Part shown: positions 16,986-24,000 of the stretch, piece after piece
Numbering within the stretch: position 1 is the stretch's first letter
How the letters are laid out: every line of letters begins with the position of its first letter
Origin: Candidatus Heimdallarchaeota archaeon
GTDB taxonomy: Archaea; Asgardarchaeota; Heimdallarchaeia; Heimdallarchaeales; Heimdallarchaeaceae
Length of the DNA stretch: 24,000 nucleotides
Assembly (NCBI GenBank): GCA_030608385.1
Contig: JAUWEG010000002.1
Location: 28,879 to 52,878, forward strand
Direction: 5' to 3'
Notes under the pieces: model-generated
What the model saw: the letters and a program-made list of their open reading frames with translations, nothing else
Database searches by the model: none
What the model was told of the DNA's origin: nothing
Position numbers and translations under genes: made by a program

Positions 16986-18434
16986 TTGATTGGTATGAAG
17001 TTATTTAGAGAAATAATTAGAAAGGTGAACAAAATTTCCACAGACGATTTCCATCTTGCAAATGAAATGCAATTAGTATTCGATAAACAAATAAATTTCG
17101 AACCAGTTAGAGGTAATTTGAAACAATGGAAAGGCTATGTTGGAACAATAGAAGGTACTGAAATACCAATTTTTGCCAACATTTACATTCAGGATGGTTT
17201 CCCTGAAATACCTCCATTTGTTGATATTACTCCTAAAGTAAATCACCCTAATGTTGATGAAGATGGTACATTAAGTATGCGTCTTCTTGCAGAATGGGAA
17301 CCTAGGTATCATATTTATCAAGTTATGATTGATATAAAACAACTTTTCATCAATGTTCCTGCTAAAGCATACAAGACAAAGACTAAGAAACCAAAAGGGG
17401 AACAAAGATTTTCAACATTACCAAGAGCAACAATTCCTGTGAAGACAATACCTCAAGCATCTTTCGCAAGTATAAATCCAAGAATTGAGGAAGAAAGACG
17501 CTCCATTGACAAAACAATTGTCAATTATCAAGATAAAATAGAGCATATTTCCAGAGATATAGAAAAAGAAAGAAAAGCTTTATTGAAGGAAGGCGGAATA
17601 GCTGTACAAAGTAGAACTAAAGAGATTTCTATATCATTAAAAGAGGATTTGAGAGCTGAATCATTAGCTGTCCAAGATACTCTAGAAATAGTACAAGAAA
17701 AATTTGATGATGGCGATATGACTAATATTGATTACCTCAAATTACATAAAAGATATACCAAAAAAGGTTTTATAGCTGAGAAACAACTCACTCAAGTTAA
17801 AAGTAGCTCAAGTGGTGACATGACAAAAGCAGAAGAAAAAATATTGAATTTGGAAGCTGATCTGTTTGCTTCAATTGCAACTTTAGACAATCTAGTTCTA
17901 AGTTACGAAAAAAGTGAAATTGAGCAGATTGCTTATAGAAAACAACTTCGTGCTCTCATTAGAGGAATTTTCAAAACAAGATTAGAATTAGAAAAGATAG
18001 GCTTTAATTTAGATGATTTTGTGAAACGAGAGAATCTAAATAATAGATATCAAAAGGGAATCAAACAACTCATGGTTGTTGAAGGGGAAGAAACTGCAGA
18101 TACCAGTTCAATTCCATTTGATACCCTCAAGAAAATCCCATCTAAAACAGCTGATTTCGTTTCATCTGCGATTGAACTTATTGATTTAACTAGATTAAAA
18201 TCAGTAGCTAGAGCAGATCTCATAATTGCAGACATTGAAGAAATGATTCACATTCTGACAACATTTCCTTCAATACCAAAAGACCATTGGGTTATTGGAG
18301 ATATGAATAATTGGCGTGAAATTATAGGAAAATATAAGCCTCAGGAGATCATTAAAGAAGAAGATTGCGAAAAATTAGAATTTCAAGCAGCTCGTTGGTT
18401 AAATGACTTTCGAAGAGTATTGAAAGAACTTTAA
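16986..18434 (+). CDS. UEV (catalytically dead E2-like) plus coiled-coil protein; candidate ESCRT-I Vps23/Tsg101-like subunit
   Basis: 482 aa; N-terminal UBC-like fold with GFPEIPPFVDITPKVNHPNVDEDGTLSMRLLAEWEPRYHIYQVMIDIKQLF. No Cys in the N-terminal domain; long central coiled coil and helical C-terminus. Confidence 0.78.
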   Translation: MIGMKLFREIIRKVNKISTDDFHLANEMQLVFDKQINFEPVRGNLKQWKGYVGTIEGTEIPIFANIYIQDGFPEIPPFVDITPKVNHPNVDEDGTLSMRLLAEWEPRYHIYQVMIDIKQLFINVPAKAYKTKTKKPKGEQRFSTLPRATIPVKTIPQASFASINPRIEEERRSIDKTIVNYQDKIEHISRDIEKERKALLKEGGIAVQSRTKEISISLKEDLRAESLAVQDTLEIVQEKFDDGDMTNIDYLKLHKRYTKKGFIAEKQLTQVKSSSSGDMTKAEEKILNLEADLFASIATLDNLVLSYEKSEIEQIAYRKQLRALIRGIFKTRLELEKIGFNLDDFVKRENLNNRYQKGIKQLMVVEGEETADTSSIPFDTLKKIPSKTADFVSSAIELIDLTRLKSVARADLIIADIEEMIHILTTFPSIPKDHWVIGDMNNWREIIGKYKPQEIIKEEDCEKLEFQAARWLNDFRRVLKEL

Positions 18435-18498
18435 TATCAACAAAAGACTTGAAAATTTCTAGATTCCTTTCTTTCCATTCTTTAAGATAAGTTGCTAG

Positions 18499-18813
18499 GT
18501 GAATTACTTGGAAAGAACTAGCTCTATTAACGAGATATTTGTTAACATTCGAAAAGAAATGTTTGAATTAATCAACATGATAGAGATTAAGATAGATGTG
18601 GGCTATATTCTTGAGGAATTAGAAGATATTTCATACGAAATTAAGAATTTAGGAGAAGAAGGGAAGCAAATCCATGAAGAAATGATGAATATTTACAATT
18701 CGTATTTTAACAAATATAAAAACAAACTTGCAGCTTTTCTTTCACCAAGGGAGAGCAGCTCTTTAACTGAAAAGATAAAGAAATGGCTTTTAGAATTATC
18801 AAACATTATATAA
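18499..18813 (+). CDS. Small all-helical hypothetical protein between UEV and EAP30 genes
   Basis: 104 aa, GTG start; MNYLERTSSINEIFVNIRKEMFELINMIEIKIDVGYILEELEDISYEIKNLGEEG... ; co-directional within the cluster. Confidence 0.6.
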   Translation: MNYLERTSSINEIFVNIRKEMFELINMIEIKIDVGYILEELEDISYEIKNLGEEGKQIHEEMMNIYNSYFNKYKNKLAAFLSPRESSSLTEKIKKWLLELSNII

Positions 18814-18882
18814 TAATCATTTAATCAATTAATTTGAGAAGATATAAATAAGTCCTAGACAATAACAAAGCTGGAGATAGAA

Positions 18883-19608
18883 GTGGGTTTAAGAGATATA
18901 GAGAAGAAGATCAAAATTAAGTCAGCTTTTCAAGTAAAAGCGGCAGAGCTAATGATTAAAGAATTAGAACAAATGATAAATAATATTAGCGAAGTCAAAA
19001 AACAACTGAAAAAGTTTGAGAAAAAATACGGTGATAAAATCTCTGAAAATAAAGATTATTATGATAAATTAGCAAATCTGAGAGAAGAACTAGGATTACC
19101 CACCGAAATTGGACGTTTTGACTGGAAAGAAACTCCAACTCTCAAAGATAAACTTACTGGAAAGGGCTTCTTTGATGTATTAGCTAATGAAATTCTTGAA
19201 ATAGGGCAACAGATGATATCAGAAAACGGTGGAATTATGGCCATCGGAGAACTATTCACACAGCTAAATAAAACTCGTCCTGGGAGGATGGTTTCAATTG
19301 ATGATATGTATCGATCCTTGGAGAAATTAATCAATACTCAATTAATCCCACCATATAGAGTGTTAGATTCAGGATTGAAGATTGTTGAATTTGTTCCTGT
19401 TGAGTTTAGTCCAGATCATGATGTTATTCTAAATTATGCATCCAGAGTTGGTTTTGTTACAAAGGAAGATTTACTCATGAGAACAAGTTGGACTGAAGAA
19501 CGAATAGATAGATGTTTACAATTCTTTGAAGAAAATAGCATAGCTCGAGTTGACAGGAGTTATTCTGAAGGCGTGAAATATTGGTTTCCCGGTTTAATGG
19601 GACTATAA
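18883..19608 (+). CDS. ESCRT-II EAP30-domain protein (Vps22/Vps36-like)
   Basis: 241 aa; IGQQMISENGGIMAIGELFTQLN, VSIDDMYRSLEKL, LKIVEFVPVEFSPDHDVILNYASRVGFVTKEDLLMRTSWTEERIDRCLQFFEENSIARVD..YWFPGLMGL. Confidence 0.88.
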   Translation: MGLRDIEKKIKIKSAFQVKAAELMIKELEQMINNISEVKKQLKKFEKKYGDKISENKDYYDKLANLREELGLPTEIGRFDWKETPTLKDKLTGKGFFDVLANEILEIGQQMISENGGIMAIGELFTQLNKTRPGRMVSIDDMYRSLEKLINTQLIPPYRVLDSGLKIVEFVPVEFSPDHDVILNYASRVGFVTKEDLLMRTSWTEERIDRCLQFFEENSIARVDRSYSEGVKYWFPGLMGL

Positions 19609-19625
19609 TTCAGAAAAAGAACAAA

Positions 19626-20402
19626 CTAAAACACTTTATCAGCTTCAAACTGAATTATTGTTTTTTCTTTGTTTAACCAACGAGCAACTTTACGTTCTAC
19701 TAGCATTTCGCACACAATAACAAGATCATCAGCAGGCAAATTTCCCCAATTTTGTTCCAGCTGAGTTAAATCGTAAAGTGAGTGTATTTCAACCACTCTT
19801 CCAGTATCTATCATGAAGTCTACTAACGCATCTGCCCATTCTTCATTTGATTTCCAATAAATGCGAGCCCTTGTTTTTGTTTTCTCATCTAACCAACGAG
19901 CAATATTCTGTTGAACTAAATGATCAACGATACTTCTTACTTGTGCAAGAGTTAATCGCTTACCTAAATTTTTGTTATTGAAGGGGTGACCACTTCTCAA
20001 ATCGTTAATATTAATTATGTGAATCACAAAAATACGGGAGTAATCCAATACTATCGCAGACCAACTTTGGAGCCATGATTCAATTTGATCAGTTTTCTTA
20101 GGCTTGATATACATCCATGGCCTTTTTACCCATTCTGGAAGTTCTTCCTCAAATTCTAATTCAAGCATAGCCCTTTGATCTTTAGAGAGATCTTCTTTTA
20201 CAAAAATAGCATCAACAGGCAGAGTAGCTTTTAATTCTTCAGCTGTAATCTCCAAACCTTTAATACTAGCTTCAATTAATTTTAATTTCTCATCTGAAAT
20301 CTCTTTTTCATCTTTTAATTTTTTTAAATCTATTTCAGATGATTTCTCCTTCTTAGGCTTCTTCTTCTCAGTGGTGGACATGGATTTAACCTCTAAAATC
20401 AT
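19626..20402 (-). CDS. ESCRT-II Vps25-like protein
   Basis: 258 aa; RPWMYIKPKKTDQIESWLQSWSAIVLDYSRIFVIHIININDLRSGHPFNNKNLGKRLTLAQVRSIVDHLVQQNIARWLDEKTKTRARIYWKSNEEWADALVDFMIDTG. ATGA start/stop overlap with the upstream Vps4-like gene. Confidence 0.87.
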   Translation of the reverse strand: MILEVKSMSTTEKKKPKKEKSSEIDLKKLKDEKEISDEKLKLIEASIKGLEITAEELKATLPVDAIFVKEDLSKDQRAMLELEFEEELPEWVKRPWMYIKPKKTDQIESWLQSWSAIVLDYSRIFVIHIININDLRSGHPFNNKNLGKRLTLAQVRSIVDHLVQQNIARWLDEKTKTRARIYWKSNEEWADALVDFMIDTGRVVEIHSLYDLTQLEQNWGNLPADDLVIVCEMLVERKVARWLNKEKTIIQFEADKVF

Positions 20403-21553
20403 GCGCTGCCGAATTCTTCATTCCAGTTATCGTATTTTTCTATTTCATCATCACTTACAGAGGGGTTAATTGATTCAATTGCTTCAAGAAAATCATCTTG
20501 AGTTACTGCCCGAGCAGCTATTGAAGTATCTTCAATAGCTCCTGCCATGTCAAGTTCTCTGATTGGAGTCATGATTGCTTCTCTACATACCATTGCAATA
20601 TCAGAACCTGAATAACCTTCTGTAATTTCTGCTAGAACTTCGAAATCTGCATCTTCAGCTAGTTCAACACCCTTGGTATTGAAAACAAAAATAGCTTCAC
20701 GAGCTGGTAAATCTGGTAAAGGAATGTAAATCCTTCTCTCGAATCTTCTTCTGAATGCTCCGTCTATAGATTCAGGCATATTAGTAGCACCAACAGTAAC
20801 TATTCTGTCAGTTTCGGAACTCGATAGACCATCCATTGATGTTAAGAGCTCAGTTTTAACTCTACGCATTGCATCATGTTCTCCACCTCTGGCACCAGCT
20901 AAAGCATCAACTTCATCAATAAAAATAATACTGGGTTGTTTTTCGTCTGCTAATTCGAAAAGCTGTTTAACCAATTTTTCTGATTCACCAAGCCATTTTG
21001 AAATGATTGAGGATGCACTAACATTGAAGAAAGTTGCTTCTACTTCAGCTGCTGTTGCTTTTGCTAAAAGAGTTTTACCACAACCAGGGGGACCAAAAAG
21101 CAAAATACCTTTCCAAGGTTTTCTTGCTCCAGAGAATAAATCAGGTCGCATAAGAGGTAAAACAATAGCTTCTCTCAAGGTTTGCTTTGCGGTTTCTAGA
21201 CCTGCTATATCAGCTAAAGTAATATTTGGTTTCTCTGTAACGATTATATCAGATATAGCATTTTCTAATTTTTCTTCCTCATCATCACTTCCTGCTTTGG
21301 ATTTCCTTTCTTTTCTCTTCTCTAGAAGTTCCCTTAGTTCCCTTGCTCTACTAATGTACATATTGGCTTTCTTCTTAAGAGAACGAGCAACTTGAGGGTT
21401 TCTTTCAAATTTTATGGCTTTCATTAAAGCTTCAGCAGCATCTAAATAGTGTGGAATAGCTTCACTGTAGTTTTTTTCTTTATCAAAGGAATAGGCTTTG
21501 ACTGCAAAATCCCTTGCATGATCTATTAATCCTTGAGCAGACACGTGATTCAC
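20399..21553 (-). CDS. vps4: Vps4-like AAA ATPase with N-terminal MIT domain
   Basis: 384 aa; MIT-like AVKAYSFDKEKNYSEAIPHYLDAAEALMKAI; Walker A GPPGCGKT, Walker B IIFIDEVDALAG, RRRFERRIYIPLPDLPARE. Confidence 0.93.
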   Translation of the reverse strand: MNHVSAQGLIDHARDFAVKAYSFDKEKNYSEAIPHYLDAAEALMKAIKFERNPQVARSLKKKANMYISRARELRELLEKRKERKSKAGSDDEEEKLENAISDIIVTEKPNITLADIAGLETAKQTLREAIVLPLMRPDLFSGARKPWKGILLFGPPGCGKTLLAKATAAEVEATFFNVSASSIISKWLGESEKLVKQLFELADEKQPSIIFIDEVDALAGARGGEHDAMRRVKTELLTSMDGLSSSETDRIVTVGATNMPESIDGAFRRRFERRIYIPLPDLPAREAIFVFNTKGVELAEDADFEVLAEITEGYSGSDIAMVCREAIMTPIRELDMAGAIEDTSIAARAVTQDDFLEAIESINPSVSDDEIEKYDNWNEEFGSA

Positions 21554-21678
21554 AACCTCTATCTATTTATTCCATTTATCTAATATAAAATGTTTCATTT
21601 TGTTTCATACCAACTTGATAAATTTCATTGTACGGATTGTAAGAACTAACAAAAATAAAAATATAAAAAGTGGAAGAA

Positions 21679-22329
21679 TTACTTATCTTCACTCATTTTC
21701 TTCTTTAATCCCTCAAGCTCAGCTTCAAGCTCTGATGTATCTTCTTCTTTGTCAGTTCCAACAGGAGTTGAAGGAAGACCACTAACATCAGGTAAGCTTG
21801 TTGTTGTACCTAAATCCATCTCAGCTTCTAACTGAGCTAACTGCTCATCAATAGCTGCATCATCTTCAAAATCTAGAATGCCTTCAGATAAGCTTGGATC
21901 AGATAGAGCTTCAGTCATCATTTCAATTTGATCTCTCTGTTCCATTACAGAATCCATAACACGTTCTGTTCTCTCAGGAGAAACGCTTTTGATTTTCTCT
22001 CCAACAACTTTTGTACCAAGTTCCATAGCTTTTACAGTCTCTGCTGTTGAAGTAGCTGTTTGTATACTATCTATCTGAGCTTGTAAATTCATTCCTGTGT
22101 TATGAACTGTATTCAGCCTTTTCATGAAAACGGCTCTTCTTTTTAGAGCTTGTCTTGCTCCAGCTTTATTACCAGCTTTTAGCATTTTTGAGGCTAAGAT
22201 TTTCTGTTCATCTGATTGTCTTTCAAGATTTCTTGCTTCTGCTTGTAATCTGTTTTGTTGTCCTTTGAGTGTGGATAATGCATCAGCATCTTCTTTTCTT
22301 TTTTTTCCAAAAAGCCAATTCTTAACCAT
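21679..22329 (-). CDS. ESCRT-III Snf7-family protein (paralog 1, possibly Vps20/32/60-type)
   Basis: 216 aa; basic helical core LKRRAVFMKRLNTVHNTGMNLQAQIDSIQTATSTAETVKAM, acidic C-terminal region, terminal helix SELEAELEGLKKKM. Confidence 0.83.
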   Translation of the reverse strand: MVKNWLFGKKRKEDADALSTLKGQQNRLQAEARNLERQSDEQKILASKMLKAGNKAGARQALKRRAVFMKRLNTVHNTGMNLQAQIDSIQTATSTAETVKAMELGTKVVGEKIKSVSPERTERVMDSVMEQRDQIEMMTEALSDPSLSEGILDFEDDAAIDEQLAQLEAEMDLGTTTSLPDVSGLPSTPVGTDKEEDTSELEAELEGLKKKMSEDK

Positions 22330-22342
22330 TTTTATTCACCTT

Positions 22343-22957
22343 TTAATCCTCTTCTCTTCTTCTTAATTTCTGAATTTCATCCTCTAAATCATCTGTTTGC
22401 ACTACACCAACTGTTGGTAATCCAGCTTGAGTGGAAACACCTAATTCAGCAGCTGTTTGTTCAATTAACCTATCGACTTCAGCTGGATCAGTATCAGCAA
22501 TCAGTAAATCGTCAATACCATCTTCAATAGTTCCGGTTGACTCTTCGATTCCATCAATGGAACTTTCCATATCTTGAATAACTCTATCTAAATCTGGAAT
22601 CTGTAATTGAGCATTTGCGATTCGTAAAGCAGAAGCAATACCATGCATTTCTTCAGCCATGCTTGCTGCAGTATCAGCTCGTTCTAATTTAAAGATTAGG
22701 CCATTCATACGCGAAACTAGTTTCTGATAACCAAATTCCCATCTTCTGTTGCGTACAATATCAGTAGCAAATAATCTTGCAGATTCCAAATCTCCTCGTT
22801 GGATGTTTTGTTTCATTTTCAACTGCATTTTGGATTCATCTCGAGAAAGTTTCCTTTGTGCTCTTTCTAATCTTCTTACAGTTAATCGAAGATTAATTAT
22901 ATGATCACGAGGACTCTTCTTTGTACCCAAAAGCCAACCCATAAAGTCACGGAACAT
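22343..22957 (-). CDS. ESCRT-III Snf7-family protein (paralog 2, possibly Vps2/24/46-type)
   Basis: 204 aa; LRLTVRRLERAQRKLSRDESKMQLKMKQNIQRGDLESARLFATDIVRNRR, C-terminal MIM1-like DDLEDEIQKLRRRE. Confidence 0.85.
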   Translation of the reverse strand: MFRDFMGWLLGTKKSPRDHIINLRLTVRRLERAQRKLSRDESKMQLKMKQNIQRGDLESARLFATDIVRNRRWEFGYQKLVSRMNGLIFKLERADTAASMAEEMHGIASALRIANAQLQIPDLDRVIQDMESSIDGIEESTGTIEDGIDDLLIADTDPAEVDRLIEQTAAELGVSTQAGLPTVGVVQTDDLEDEIQKLRRREED

Positions 22958-23118
22958 CTAAATCACTGCTTTGAATTATAGTATATTCATATTTAAGCTT
23001 TCGTGGTTATTATATGTATTGTTTCAGAATTTAATTTAACCCAAAAAATGATTTGCTGTCTTTCCGAAATTTTTAAATTAACCTACGGTAATTGACCTTG
23101 TAAAATAGGTGAAATTGC

Positions 23119-23418
23119 ATGCGTTTTCAAAAGAAATCTAAAAGAAATTTTGCATTTATGACAATAATAACAAGTTTGGTGATTCTTGCTTCAAAAACTG
23201 CTTTAGCTCAAGATGGAGATTTAACTCCCATTGGTGCAGCACTAGCAGTTGGAATAGCTGGAATTGGAGCAAGCATAGGTATGGGTATGGCAGGTAGTGC
23301 AGCCATAGGTGCTATTGTGGAAAAACCTGAAGTTTTCGGAAAAGCTTTTCTCTTCATAGTGTTGATTGAAGCTGTGGCTATTTATGGTCTACTAGTAGCT
23401 ATCCTACTTGTATTCTAA
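23119..23418 (+). CDS. atpK: A/V-type ATP synthase proteolipid subunit (K/c)
   Basis: 99 aa; signal-like N-terminus, then IGAALAVGIAGIGASIGMGMAGSAAIGAIVEKPEVFGKAFLFIVLIEAVAIYGLLVAILLVF hairpin with conserved Glu. Confidence 0.93.
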   Translation: MRFQKKSKRNFAFMTIITSLVILASKTALAQDGDLTPIGAALAVGIAGIGASIGMGMAGSAAIGAIVEKPEVFGKAFLFIVLIEAVAIYGLLVAILLVF

Positions 23419-23444
23419 TCCCATCTCTTTACTCTCCTTTTTTT

Positions 23445-23825
23445 GTGATAATTATGACAGAAGAAAATAAGGCCTTAAAATCTCCAGCAGGGATTAAACT
23501 TGCGTCATTGAAGGATTTAGTGAGATTAGTTATTTCAAGTGTAGGACCTGATAGAATCGTTGGTTATATAGGGCATTTTAAGGAAGCAGATAGGACAATA
23601 TATTTCGTTTTTAATACAAGTCTAGGATATTACGAACTTAATGCACTTCCAATAATTGTGTGGACTGACGAAGAAGAAATGCCTACAAAATCATTCATAA
23701 GATATAAATCAGCAACAAATGAAACAATTGAATTCTCTAATGATGCAACAGATCCTAAATGGTTAAGCATACCAATTGTAAATTTTGAGATAATGCCTGA
23801 ATTTCTCAAAGTATGGAAGAATTAG
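23445..23825 (+). CDS. Hypothetical protein downstream of ATPase subunit K
   Basis: 126 aa; MTEENKALKSPAGIKLASLKDLVRLVISSVGPDRIVGYIGHFKEADRTIYFVFNTSLGYY...; 26 bp after atpK. Likely start at MTEEN. Confidence 0.6.
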   Translation: MIIMTEENKALKSPAGIKLASLKDLVRLVISSVGPDRIVGYIGHFKEADRTIYFVFNTSLGYYELNALPIIVWTDEEEMPTKSFIRYKSATNETIEFSNDATDPKWLSIPIVNFEIMPEFLKVWKN

Positions 23826-23849
23826 TGGCATAAGAACTAAGTTCTTAAA

Positions 23850-24000
23850 GTTCCCACATGTCATCAAATTCTTCACTTTTTCTTTGAATATCATCCAAAT
23901 GTCGTTTGAGCCTATGATGTTCACTGGTTAGTTTTCTTAATAATCCATCTATGCCTCTGGTACTTCGAGAACCATACCTTCTAGTTTCATTTAATCGATG
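23850..24000 (-). CDS. C-terminal part of a hypothetical, charged helical protein (partial)
   Basis: Manual translation open from 24000 to TAA at 23852-23850: HRLNETRRYGSRSTRGIDGLLRKLTSEHHRLKRHLDDIQRKSEEFDDMWEL*. Confidence 0.5.

Noticed and set aside
18050-18235. 61-aa ORF (-)
   Set aside because: Antisense inside the UEV/coiled-coil gene.
19059-19334. 91-aa ORF (-)
   Set aside because: Antisense inside the EAP30-domain gene.
21003-21395. 130-aa ORF (+)
   Set aside because: Antisense to the Vps4-like gene; Ser/Leu-rich shadow translation.
21600-22366. ORFs 21600..21785 and 22124..22366 (+)
   Set aside because: Overlap the ESCRT-III gene on the opposite strand (the first only at its C-terminal end) and have no recognisable features.

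Overview
The gene content indicates an Asgard archaeal (probably Heimdallarchaeia-like) chromosome segment. Its main feature is a ubiquitin/ESCRT cluster at about 15.5-23.0 kb. On the + strand this runs: PDCD5-like protein, ubiquitin-like modifier ending in GG-L, E1-like enzyme, UEV/E2-like coiled-coil protein lacking the catalytic Cys, a 104-aa helical ORFan, and an EAP30-domain Vps22/36-like protein. Converging on the - strand are Vps25-like, Vps4-like (MIT + AAA) and two distinct Snf7-family ESCRT-III proteins. A V/A-type ATPase proteolipid gene follows. This cluster type is already known from Asgard archaea, so the system is not new, but several local details deserve a second look. The rest of the window contains hutI/hutH plus a second divergent aromatic amino acid ammonia-lyase, a metallophosphoesterase, a DegT-family aminotransferase, an ATP-NAD/AcoX-type kinase, two small membrane proteins, a winged-helix regulator with a structured leader and a hairpin-T-run terminator, and a Ras/Rab-like GTPase with two unknown partner genes. 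It also contains a truncated PIG-L gene fragment separated from a full PIG-L homolog by a ~2 kb insert. That insert encodes a seven-repeat treble-clef zinc-finger protein whose nuclease-like C-terminus is cut off by one in-frame TAA. All homology calls are from motif recognition by eye; no searches were run.
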